Assembly: GCA_051294905.1 (NCBI GenBank)
Contig: CM119384.1
Location: 2,294,001-2,358,000 of the forward strand
Length of the DNA stretch: 64,000 bases
From: Botryllus schlosseri
Lineage: Eukaryota
Direction: 5' to 3'
Below the pieces are notes generated by a model. It saw nothing but the letters and a program-made list of their open reading frames with translations. It had not been told where the DNA came from and ran no database searches. Each line of letters opens with the position of its first letter. Position 1 is the stretch's first letter. The position numbers and the translations under genes were made by a program. This document shows, one piece after another, positions 1 to 47,100 of this stretch.

Positions 1-230
1 ATGCCAAGTTTCCTTTTGGATTAAGGTCGATGCCGAAGCCACAATATTTGAGAGTGTAATTGAATGTCCTCTTTGCTGTTCTTGCTGTGGTATTCGTGAT
101 GTTTTTTTTTAATACAATTGCCATCTGCACCAGACCTCTGTTCTTATTATAATTCCGTATCTGCCGACTTGTAGCACGGCCCACTTCTAGGCCTTTTAAG
201 ACACCGCTTACGCGGATCTTCTGCATCTAG

Positions 231-523
231 GCGAATTTGGCGACGTGTACAAGGGCATACTCAGGCCTGTCACTCCCATAAGCGACGACGGCACGCTGCG
301 AACCACCGCTACCCTGCGCGTCAGTAACTACATCGTGGCGATCAAGACCTTGAAGACGGGCTACACGGAGAAGCAAAAACAGGATTTCCTGACAGAGGCT
401 TCCATCATGGGACAGTTCGATCATCCCAACGTCATCAGGCTGGAGGGCGTGGTCACGAAATCGACCCCTTTGATGATAGTCACGGAATATATGGAGAACG
501 GATCGCTGGATTCCTTTTTGGAG
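231..523 (+). CDS. Eph: Eph-1 exon: kinase N-lobe
   Basis: AG 229-230, GT 524-525; (G)EFGDVYKG...[11 protein letters not shown]. Confidence 0.95.
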
Positions 524-3500
524 GTAATCATGATCGTATGTTGTTTGATTATTGTAGCTATAATTCCAATTCTGATCTAATTCGAAAAAACTGAAAATTT
601 TGCGTTGTACAGCTTGGCGGTAACTGAACTGCTTTTGCGTTACAGGACCGCCACCTTCGCGGCCTGGAGCTCGAATCCTACAGGCTGATCAACATGCTGC
701 GAGACATAGCCGGCGGAATGCTGTACCTCTCCGACATGGGATACGTTCACCGGGACCTGGCCGCTAGAAACATCCTGGTCAACGACGAGATGGTGTGCAA
801 GGTGTCGGATTTCGGACTCAGCAGAATATTGGAAAATATGCAAGACGAAGGCACAGCTATTTACACTACTAAGGTACGAAGGTGACTGCAGATGTGGTCG
901 AAGTAGTTAAGAGCTGCTACACCCAATATGTAGAAGTAACACCGGGCATTTTCTACTCTATTAGAAGCAGAAGTTGCAATTCCCAAAGGCATCACAATTG
1001 CACTACAAACAGAAAGGTCTTGAAATTAATCTACCAAGTAATATTAAAAAGTAAATTTTAGTCGAGCGGTCGCATGCTTTCAGCGTTCGAGCACTAGGGT
1101 TATTCAAAAATAACTTTTGTTTTTCGAAATCCTGGGTTTCACTGATTTGGCTCAATTCCAACCAGTAGAAGCGAAGTTATTACAGTTGAAGGTTTTTGAT
1201 TGGCAAAAATAGCATTGGCGGTGGGGAATCTCAGAAGTATTAATAATACTCAAATAACTTCGCTTCTACTGGTTGGAATTGCGTCAAATTTCTTTTGCAT
1301 AGTTTTCGTAGACAACTCAACAATTTCATAATGTCGACAGTGAAATTTGAAAAAAAATAGTCCCCTAGTTCAATAACATCGAAAATTTCAATTGACTCTG
1401 CGGCGGCTTTTGCTGGTTGGAATTGAGTCAAATTTAGCGTGCAGCGTATTTAATCAGTAAATCCCCGGAATCCGTATCTTCGCCGCGAACGCAGAATGAC
1501 TAATCACACTAAAAATAGGTGCGATTTGTTGTACTGACCACCTCTTGATTTTTTGCAGGGAGGAATGATCCCGGTCAGGTGGACGTCGCCGGAAGCCATC
1601 ACGGTGCGAACGTTTACGTCATCGAGTGACGTGTGGAGCTTCGGCGTGGTCATGTGGGAGGTGCTGACGCACGGCGAAAGGCCGTATTGGGAAATGTCGA
1701 ACGCTGACGTAAGCTCGAATTCATCAAACATTCGTTTTGTGCTCGATTTCAAATTGAGTATTTGGTTTTGTAAATCATGTACACAACAAAAGGATAACTT
1801 AATTTTTTCAAATTTTTGTGGCTATTAGCTAAAATGGTTAGGTTGGCTAAAAAGACGTTACACACGATGTTTTGCTCAATTCCAACGAGTAGAAATGAAG
1901 CTATAACAGGTGGAAAATTTTGAATTTATTATAAAAATATTTTTTTTTCAAATTATACTGCCGCCCCGTGTAATTGTCAAGTAGTCTAATAAATCGATAC
2001 ACAGCCAATTTGGCTCAATTTCAACTGGTAGGAGCGAAGTTGCAATTGAAAATGTTGGATTTGAAAGATTAGTATTTACAGTCGGTAATCCAAGAATTAT
2101 GAGGAAAACTCTGATAACTTCACTTCTACGAGCTGGAATTGAGTCAAATGTGTTTTGCATAGTTTTTGTAGACGACAACAATTTAATAGGCTAGCCAGTA
2201 ACATTAAAAAAGAAAAGACATTAATTATTTTATAACAAATTCAAATATTTTCAGACTATAATAGCTTCACTTCTACTTGTTGGAATTGAGCCAAATTTGG
2301 TGCGAAACATCTTCTTAGCCAACCTAACAATTTTAGCTAATAGCCGCAAAAAAATCCGTAAAAGAATTTATTTTTGAGAACAACCCTACTACTATATGCT
2401 AACTATATGCATTTATGTCTAGGTGTTACACTCAATTATATGATTAAGTTGAAAATAATCGAAACCTTGCGTTTGACACTACAATACTACATGCAACTCA
2501 TTTTGAGTTCGTACCGGCGTGACCTCAGTCGTGGGTTACGATATGAGCCTCCGATTTATTTACAGGTGGTTCACTGCGTGCAGTGCGGATATCGTCTTCC
2601 ACCACCGACTTTCTGTCCGCGTGTCCTTCATAACTTGATGCTCAACTGTTGGAACGTGGACAGAACGCGGCGGCCCACGTTTAAGCAGATCGTTTCTCAG
2701 CTCGATTCCATCTTGCTCTCCCCCCAGAGACTGAACGACACGATCAACAACGTGTGAGTGTCGCGATTATACTTACGGCATACTTGGACAAATGAATAAT
2801 TCTAGTTACCTAATTAAATTAATTAGGGCGCAATTCCAATCTAATTTGTGTTATGTTTTTATCCTCTAATTCTAATCTAATATAATCTAATTTCTGTATC
2901 GGACGAAACGAGCCAAACTTGCTGTACAGACATTTGCCATTCTCGTGCTTATGTAAATGATCTCCGAGTTGATATGAACCAGACTGATTTTTGTTGTATT
3001 TTCTACTAAATAGGACTTTAATTCAATTTCCCGGTTTTTCCGAAACAAGAAATTCCAATTCTTTTATTATTTGGAAATAAAAACTGTAGCTATAATTCTA
3101 ATCTAATTTGGAAAAAAATGTGTATTTTTAATTCTAATTCTAATCTAATTTGGAAAATCTGACAATTTATCTAGATGTCCAACTAGACTTACGGACTAGT
3201 TGTTCGCTATCTTTTTGATAATGTTTTCCTTCATTTTCAGCCCGGTGCACGAGCAGCCAGAATGCGTTCCAGAATCTCTGGACCTTTCCTCCCTGGGTCA
3301 GTGGCTGGAAGACATGAACATGACGCAATATAAAGAGGTCATGATGAGGTTCGGTTGCGTCACGGCGGAGCAGATAACAAGATTATCCCCTGGGTAAGGA
3401 CTCGTTTTATGATGTTGAAAAATCACGCGCCATTACCACTCCACGATAACCAAGATTTGTGAAGTTTAGGCCAACATGTGGCTTCGCGAAGTGTGTCATC

Positions 3501-3915
3501 AAATAAAACCTTGGCCGAAAATGGCCACTGCATGTTGGCAGGAACCACAATATATAGATTGTCCATAGGTGCGGAATAGTCCCGCGACTGCTATCTGAAG
3601 TCACTATACCTCCCTCAGCTCTATCAATAAATGTAATCACGCGGATTGAGAGAACATGAATAGCAATATATAGGCCTACTCAATTACCACTATTATATTT
3701 GAATTGTCAGACGTGAAACGTTAGCAGATTGACTTCTCTGATTTCTTGGGGCAGCGTCCCATCGATATATTTCAACTGATTTCTCTTTTCCTCACAGTCA
3801 ACTCGAAGAGATGGGGATCACGGACGTCTCCATCCAGCAGATACTGCTCAACGGAGCTGAACGACTCGGAAATATGCTCCGAGAAATCGGCAGCGCCAGC
3901 GGGATCACTGTGTGA
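231..3915 (+). CDS. Eph: Eph receptor tyrosine kinase paralogue 1, 3' part only (kinase, SAM, PDZ-binding motif); 6 exons: 231-523, 646-873, 1559-1708, 2566-2753, 3241-3393, 3798-3915
   Basis: All introns GT..AG with matching phases; the spliced 1130 nt keeps frame to TGA at 3913-3915. Motifs [70 protein letters not shown] ([13 protein letters not shown]), C-terminus GITV*. Which Eph paralogue is not determinable. Confidence 0.96.
646..873 (+). CDS. Eph: Eph-1 exon: catalytic loop to activation loop
   Basis: AG 644-645, GT 874-875; DRHLRG...HRDLAARN...DFGLSR...AIYTTK. Confidence 0.95.
1095..1472. mobile_element. MITE family B copy, right terminus missing
   Basis: Starts tagggttattcaaaaataac; internal inverted repeat ttggctcaattccaaccagtagaagcgaagttatt (1147-1181) versus 1253-1288. 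Confidence 0.7.
1559..1708 (+). CDS. Eph: Eph-1 exon: P+1 loop/alphaF (150 nt)
   Basis: AG 1557-1558, GT 1709-1710; [13 protein letters not shown]...WEMSNAD. Confidence 0.95.
1790..2388. mobile_element. MITE family B copy, left terminus degraded
   Basis: Inverted arms gctattagctaaaatggttaggttggctaa / ttagccaacctaacaattttagctaatagc; ends aacaacccta. Confidence 0.7.
2566..2753 (+). CDS. Eph: Eph-1 exon: kinase C-lobe end
   Basis: AG 2564-2565, GTGAGT at 2754; [14 protein letters not shown]...MLNCW...RPTFKQIV. Confidence 0.93.
2779..3186. mobile_element. MITE family A (hAT, TIR about CAGACTTGGACAACTAG, AATTAGATTAG-rich), copy with TSD
   Basis: 8-bp direct repeat ACTTACGG at 2771-2778 and 3187-3194; ends catacttggacaa / tgtccaactag. 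The core gtgcgaaacgagccaa...ctgtacagacatttgccattct recurs at about 7740-7985, 9190-9368, 11420-11990, 13262-14200, 15735-16060, 22070-22445, 34500-34860, 36715-37045, 51320-51612, 53500-53790, 55130-55330, 59405-59532, 60470-60682 (approximate bounds). Confidence 0.8.
3241..3393 (+). CDS. Eph: Eph-1 exon: linker and SAM N-half
   Basis: AG 3239-3240, GTAAG at 3394; [22 protein letters not shown]. Confidence 0.92.
3798..3915 (+). CDS. Eph: Eph-1 last coding exon: SAM C-half and PDZ-binding GITV*
   Basis: AG 3796-3797; [17 protein letters not shown]...SASGITV TGA. Confidence 0.9.
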
Positions 3916-6030
3916 AGACATCGTGCCGGCTTCTACGGGAGCTTGTGAAAGAAGCAAAAGAGCGATGACTAACGGCGACTGTTCCAACTACACGCGTGAA
4001 AGAAACACTGTACAATCCGAATCTACGCAAAATCTATCGAAAACGTTCTACGATACCACGCCTGTGACTGGTTCTGTGGAATCGAATTTTAAATTCGGTT
4101 ACTCTTCTGGAGAATCCGTGGAAACCTCACAAAGTTGGAACGGACTAACAAGCGAACAAGAAAGGACACGGACAAGATCGCCAGCAATTATCCGCTTTGT
4201 CGTGGCTCGACTTTTATACTATTTTTTCACATTTTCGTTCTATTTACCAGCACTGTGAAATTGATTGTAGAATAATCATGGTTGTGTTTTTCTGTTCCGA
4301 AATATCGCGATTTTATCGATTTCCCCCGCCACCGCTATCAATCGCAATGATATTTAAGGGGTATCGCCGAATATCGCTTGTACTACGACCTGTTCACGTT
4401 CGACACTGTTGTGTGTTGTTGCTCACTGGTTCTTGAATTTGCAGATGTTATGTTTATTCCAGGAAGGTATACCGACCTTGATAATGAGCTTGGATTCATA
4501 ATTCTTGTCACCACAAGGGGCATGAAATTAATATGGAATTTCCAACGTAACGGCAATGAAATAATGAAGAAACTACTAATGAAGCTACTGTAAAATGATT
4601 CCTTTGCTGTCAGACATCATTTGCGACAAGAGATATTTTAGTAATTTGTGATTCCTATTTATATGCGAAGTAGTCTGCAAGTCTTTCTACTGCAAGTATC
4701 ACGACGATCAATTTTGGTTTTCGTCGCTACATAATTTGCGGTTGCAGTTTTTCGCGCTTTTTGTGAAGCCACATGTCATTGCTGAATCGTTGGCTATTTG
4801 CATGTCTCACATGCTCAGAAGTAGCTTTCGTATGATCATCACGTTTTCCTGATCAACATTTTAATTTGTTTGGATGTTCTCGATGGTTGCGTTGTTAGAA
4901 TTTTATCGCATTCTTCACTTCTCGATGTCTAGACCGCTTTTTGTTCATTTTCCTACATTTTCCTTCAATTTTTTGTTACTTTCAAAGTATTTCCGTTTTC
5001 CAATTTAAGAATTTGTATTGAATAGAATGAACGCCAGCAGAGTGGTGTCGTTTTCAAGGTCGTCACTCATCAGATAGATCTTCAGGATCACCCGATGCTA
5101 GGGCATGAGCTGTTTAGCACAGGCAGTATCGATCGCGACTCTTGAATCTCTACAGGCCTGATTTAGATGGCCAATAGGGCCAGAGCTATCGGGTTTGATC
5201 CGGCGTCCACGTTGAGATAAATTTGCGAGTACGGCGGTAAGGTTCGCGTTCACACGAACCTAAACCTTCCAGAGGTTCACATCATCCCTAGTTCTGACCC
5301 TTTTTAGTAATTAGCACGTTAAATTGAGAGGTGCGTCGCGGAACATTTTCAAATCATTGCGGACTCTTTTAACTGCTGCACTGATCCAATTTGGTCCGCG
5401 GACCCCATTCTGGTAGCCACTGATCCAACGTTCTCTAGTCACAATCCTATATACCAGGGGTGGGCAAAAGGGGCTCGCGATCAGCATGCGGCTCTTTCGG
5501 CCTGTGTTTATGGCTCTGTAATGATTGTACTGTATACAGTGCATGCGTTTCGTAATTTAGCAGAGAGATTTAACCTGATCATAAATTAATGAATTTCATC
5601 GCGCATTAAAACAATGCGTATTGCTTTCGTGTTGCTTCTTTTCTTATGGTTTACGCAAGACTTGTAAAATTTAGGGGAGATGACACTACAGCAGGGTTAA
5701 AAATTTGCAATTGAACTCTCGAATCAATCAATGATAAATCATTGTGCTCAACAATGGATTTGATAATTATTACGCGAGCGCAGGTCACAATCATTTGCGG
5801 GCTAGCAATGGTGAATACGTCTCTTCCATTTGTATTGTAAATGCTCGCAGTAACTGCACACTGCAGTGCACAGTTTGGCCAAGAAAATGTCGTAGAGATT
5901 ACCGAGCTGAAACGTTCCTTAAATTCTCATCAGCACTTGAAGGAACTGCTTCGCACTGCATAGACGTCATATCAGCCTGATTTCAAACACCTTGGAGCCC
6001 CGGCAGAAACGAACCGTATCACCCCATGAT

Positions 6031-6036
6031 AATAAA
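6031..6036 (+). terminator. Candidate polyadenylation signal of Eph-1
   Basis: First AATAAA I found on + after the stop at 3915; further ones at 6331 and about 6664. Usage unverified. Confidence 0.3.
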
Positions 6037-6291
6037 CTTCATTCGATAGCCTACATTTCATTGTGACGTCATAACTTCGTATTTTGAATTCTTGTTTGGC
6101 TCTTTTAAAGTTAAGACTATTGATATGCGATTCGCGCATGGAAGGTCTGCCCAGTGCCCACCCCTACTATACACTATATATTATAATTAATTACAAAGCC
6201 TCCCTGCCACAAATTCACTCCTTCTTATTCTCAGTGGAGAAGCGCAAAGTCAGATATCATGCAAGGGACACTGTCACCGTGAAGCGCATCA

Positions 6292-6297
6292 TTTATT
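6292..6297 (-). terminator. Candidate polyadenylation signal of Eph-2
   Basis: First TTTATT on + (AATAAA on -) I found after the stop at 7433. Usage unverified. Confidence 0.35.
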
Positions 6298-6787
6298 AAA
6301 TACAAATAGAAGGAGAAGGAAAGAAGTTTAAATAAATAATGAAAACGTCTCCAATACTACGTGAAAGTTTCAAACCCACATCTCAGCAAACCGAAGGTTT
6401 GATACGACACAGGATCTGGTTACTAATCACAAAATGTTGAATAAGAAGAACGAGGTGCACTGAACAGCTTTCGTAGACTTCAAAAGCACAATGCGTATGT
6501 TGCTTAGCAACGCGCATGAGTTATAAAATCACAACACAACGAACCGCATTGCATCGCATATACTCGCCGCACTTTGCGATCAGAGCGAAAACGAGAAACG
6601 ACAAAAGAACGTTCTATATAAAGGCAAAATTTACAAAAAATGGAAATATCGTAATATACTCGAATAAAATGAGACTTCAAACCAGTTTTGTCCGGAACGC
6701 AACGCACTTAATTGCAACTTAATTGCAATCTTTTCGTCCGACAATTCTTTGGAAAGCAGAATTGCCCACTATAGATTCAGATTAGAT

Positions 6788-7136
6788 CAATGGTTCCCAA
6801 AGTGGGCGATAGCGGAGGGGGGAATACCAAAGAGCGACTGGGGGCGTAAATGCGGGAACGTCTAGTGAGATATATTGAATTGACTCGGCCAAAAAATGCC
6901 CATACAGACGGCTTATTCTGTATAGGACGCGAAAGTTGACTATAAAAACAGATCAACTCAGCGGAAACTACGCGGAAAAAGGACCCTTTTTTCAGCCCAA
7001 GTCACCAGCGATCAGAATTTGGTGAATAAATTTCCCGCTTGTATGTCCTCTTTTCCGCATCCGTAAAAATTGGGGGGGGGGGACTTGTGTCGAGCTTGAT
7101 AAGGGGGGATGAGTTGCAAAAGGTTGGGAACCACTG
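6788..7136. mobile_element. hAT Buster/Charlie-type MITE
   Basis: TIRs caatggttccca / tgggaaccactg; perfect TSD GATTAGAT at 6780-6787 and 7137-7144. Confidence 0.88.
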
Positions 7137-7346
7137 GATTAGATTACTACAATCATTGCGCCCAACCCTATTAACGAAGTGATGAGATTTTATCACAATA
7201 TCACGCGACTCTTTGTAAGCAACTGATCGCACTTAGCGTCGTTAGTCCCAGCGAGGGTTCAATCCGTATTTGCAATCCGCCTCTGTCGTTAGCTAGACAT
7301 GACGGCTTTTCAAGCCATTTGTCATCTCCGCCGGTACTCTATCCGC

Positions 7347-7419
7347 CACTAGGGCCTTCTCGCGTGCTCAAGCGAGCATGAACGTTCACTAGGGCCTGCT
7401 CTCGTGCTCAGTGGAGCAT
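7347..7419 (-). repeat. 40-bp tandem duplication in the proximal Eph-2 3'UTR
   Basis: cactagggcc..ctc.cgtgctca...gagcat units start at 7347 and 7387. Confidence 0.85.
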
Positions 7420-7432
7420 AGAAGCCCGCGCT

Positions 7433-43396
<35,964 letters not shown>

Positions 43397-43752
43397 CTGA
43401 AATACAAATATTTACAGTTAAGACAAGCTTAATAAATCAAACAACAACAAAATTATAACACTGGGTAACGTAGTGCAAGGTGATAATTATTTCTGAGAAT
43501 ATGGCAATAGCCCGGGGCTGTTTGCGTGATATCGACTGTTATGTCTGATGTCGAACGAAGCATAACATCGGTTATGATGACACAACATTTACACGCCTTT
43601 TATTACCTGTCCATATCCGACCGCATAGCTCAAAAGTCATGACTCACATCCCCAATTTCACCAACGTACAAGCCATTGATATTTACTGAAATTGGTGGAA
43701 GTAGATCTCATTCTTAAAATCTGTTTCGCACCAAATATACGCGCGAAGCGGA

Positions 43753-43893
43753 ATAACAGAACATGCCAGCGCCATGAGTTCTGCCATTCGCAAGCATTTG
43801 TTGGATAATTGTGTTTGTGTGAAAAATTATCGTGACGACAAATTTCGCGTCGTCGGGAGAGGCTGTTTACACCTTTATTTGTGCGCCTTGGAG
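43753..43893 (+). mobile_element. Penelope-like retroelement GIY-YIG endonuclease C-terminal fragment
   Basis: ITEHASAMSSAIRKHLLDNCVCVKNYRDDKFRVVGRG...LCALE resembles the recalled pattern RIxEH..SAI..HL..N..C...Y....F.I......L..LE. Confidence 0.6.
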
Positions 43894-44063
43894 TACCTAG
43901 GATTTCGTGTATACCATCTAAAAATAGTACATTGAGCGATCTCTTCGCTCTGATTATTTGAAATTGCGTGTCGGTGACGTCATATTTGGTGATACGATTG
44001 TTGATATACGAAGTTCTTTCTAATTCTCTATTAGTTGCTGACGATTAACCCTGACGGGTATGT

Positions 44064-44140
44064 GGCGAGATAGCGTAGTGGTATAATCTGCACCTGCAAC
44101 CCAATGGGTTGCGGGTTCGAAACCGACCGAGGTCGACTCC
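44064..44140 (+). mobile_element. tRNA-derived SINE 5' head (truncated)
   Basis: Box A-like TAGCGTAGTGG and box B GGTTCGAAACC followed by gaggtcgactc; no complete acceptor stem, so not a functional tRNA. Confidence 0.65.
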
Positions 44141-47100
44141 AGAACCGTTAAACTGTTTTTCTTTTTCTATATTGAAGTTGGTTGGTGCGAGACAATTTTT
44201 ACGATTTGAACAAAATAATTATAATTTTCTTATTTTGTACCAAAATGTTCATTAATTCCTGCTACAGGCAAAAAAATTTTCAAGTCATAACGCTACTGGA
44301 CATTGGTCATTTTTTTGCCCAACATAGAGTACGAGTACTTATTTGAGTACAACAATTTTGTCATCATATGAGGCACATGACTAAACGTATCGCGTTTCTC
44401 AAAGAGAAGCGGCTACGATTTTCACAACAAAGAGCTGGGCAACGAGATACATTTTCCGCTAAAGGGATACCTTTAAAAATTCATGGTATAGCTAACTAAA
44501 TTTATCCGCAGGCATGAAGCGAAATATCCGAAGCAGGAAACCCCAAATAAAGAAAAGGAAAAAATCATCCGCCGTTTAATGAGCGGAAAATTCCAGCGCG
44601 AAGACGTGTTTTCAACAAAGAGAGCTACTTGACATTGGACGACCCGCACAGGGGCGCAAGTTTTCTCCAAAACTTGACCGACAGAAAGCGAACATTTGAG
44701 GGAAACTATATGGGACCAGAATCAGAGCTCGCGTGGATATAACCAAGACACGACAATAAAAATACCAAAAATTGTACAATGAATACATAATATTACATGG
44801 AATATAAATTAGGCAACGTTTGCAGGACCGCTTATAACAGCCGAAAATATTCGGATTCATTTCAAAATGAGTATATTATTCAATTGTATGTTGAAGTTCT
44901 AAACCTCCAAGAAACTCTTAAAATGAATGAATGTAAACAAACGGGGGATCTGATCGTCTTGAATAAGTGTTACGATGGGAAATCCACAATTTCTGTTGTA
45001 GAGATAAAAAACGCTTATTCGAAATACATCAATCTTTAAGGAAATGACTCCAAATCTATTTTGATTCCGTCCGTCCTCTGTCATTACGATTATTATTCCA
45101 ATTGTTACCTTCGATATTTCATAAAAAGACACGATTACCCGTCTCGGAAGAGATGTCTGGAGCAGAAATTGCTTTAATGACAACCGAGGAATTCGATTTT
45201 CTTCAGCAAACGAGGGAAATTAACAAGAAAAATGACGATTCGGACCGCATTCGTCAGGGCTAATTCCACACTAGCTAATTCCAAATAGCCTCAAGGAAAT
45301 AACACCGTCTGTGCAATTTCGTTTCTCCGAACGCTGGCACGCACAAGGGTGCAATTTGATGCTTTTGACAATGTGTCGGGGAAAGTTAAATTTGCAATTA
45401 GGCTGCCACAAGTGAACAGGCACAATCGGGTACGATGATTTGTAATCTCGAGTCAAGTTTGAAAACACACAGTTCCAGGCTGTAATTATAATAATCATCC
45501 TCAAATCAGTAAGAAGCATTTCATTCACACACACAATCACCGACGGTACTGCTGTACAATGGGTACGTGGGTGTGCGCTGTTGCAACTTCTGTTGCTTGG
45601 TTTATTGAGTAACACGGTGTCTGTATACTTGGGTACCACAATTTACGGTCTGAAGCACTGTATTTCGAAAGAGTGGATGGATATCTATAAATTTGTGTAC
45701 AAAATTCGCCTCGTGTTTTGACATTACGACATCACTTTGTCGACCTTCGAAGATAGTGCGCCAAGCTATAATGGGTCACCGTCACCGTGTATAGCGTTTG
45801 CGACCCGACATTTACCGCAAATCACGTGCGTATGAAATACCAAGAAGCACTAAATATGTAATTTCATATCGTGCGTTCGGGAGAAGATCGCTTCTCAGAA
45901 TAAGACTGAAAATCAACACCGACGGGTTGAGATGGAGATTTTGGTTCGCAATTACGTATACGGGTAAGCGTGGATCTTGGCTATGCAAGTCACAGAGTTG
46001 ATTCGTGTAAAAATATCAGGTCTAACCTGATGCAGCAGAACAATAATCATTAGGGTTTTGCGCGAAGTCATAGGCCTGTGTGAGTTATGTTATAATCGTT
46101 GTAAACCGTGCCCGTAGATAGCTTTGGACGGACTGCGCTTGTGTCACGGACAACACACACTGACAATATATCCAAATTTCAATAAACAATAATTATTCCA
46201 TCACCTCCTCTCCTTTACCAAACCCCATACCCCCTTATTCCATCCCAAATTTAGATGGTTTGTATTATGATGAATTAAATTACTATATTCATCCCAACCA
46301 AATTTCTAAATAACATTTGTTATTTTTGAACGCAAAGTACGGTCAGACCAGTTTACCCTACCCATAGCCATATCGATCACAATCTTTCCTACATCATTAA
46401 GTTTATTCCGGTAATATTTTCACACGCTAATGTAATCTTTTTTTGAAGACTGAATTACTGACCATTTGATTGATTGATAAAGTCAGTTTTTTCTAATAGT
46501 ATGGTTTTGATATAGTCTACGTTCAGCATCGAACAATCCCATACAGCATATCTAATTTTGAAATTCCGAAAATAACCCAGACAACGCAGAGGTTATTGCT
46601 TCTGCGTGGGTTGAAATTGGAATATTTGCCTGACAGGCCGTAATTCTTTCAACGCTGGTATTGCTTCCTTTCGATAGCGAAATTATCTCCATTCACACGT
46701 CGCGATGTTTAATATAGTTTTGAGGATTTACGAGCCGTACACACGATTTCAATTGGGTCGAATCAATAATATCTCTCCGACAGAAGTGCTCTCGAAGAAC
46801 TAGTTCAGCCTTAACAAACATAGCGTCGTTGCTAGCGAGGAGATATTTCTAGCTCCTTGGTACACTTTTATATAGCCTCGATAGTGTTGTCACCTGCGTA
46901 ACAAAAACTAACAAATTTTACGAAGTTAGAAAGCCCTTGATACGATCTTGTCGGCTGGTTGATAACTTTACGTTTCATATTGGAATAAACCGAAATACTT
47001 TCAGACTGACACTCATCAGGGGTAATCGTCAGCAAAAATTGGAAAGAACACCGCATATAAACCCCTCACGAGTGTCAGCCGAAAATACCGGGTTTATTTG

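Noticed and set aside
335-523. Gene conversion between paralogues (23-nt and 15-nt identical runs with 10129-10340)
   Set aside because: Codon-by-codon, roughly half of synonymous positions differ, as expected from saturation plus protein constraint.
1095-2388. Single composite transposon carrying exon 1559-1708
   Set aside because: Outer flanks (tcgagcac versus ctactata) do not form a TSD, and the exon is in its normal conserved position.
2752-2757. In-frame stops just inside introns (also 8606, 12026, 11175) suggesting truncated isoforms
   Set aside because: Largely an automatic result of the donor consensus (GTRA after phase 2, GTTAG after phase 1); no independent evidence of intron retention.
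3746-4258. 170-aa + strand ORF
   Set aside because: Overlaps the last Eph-1 exon in another frame and runs into the 3'UTR; no recognisable domain.
44064-44140. tRNA gene
   Set aside because: A and B boxes are present but there is no closing acceptor stem or normal anticodon arm; better explained as a SINE head.
46150-46720. Possible LINE 3' remnant on the - strand
   Set aside because: Multiple stops and no diagnostic motif that I could recognise.
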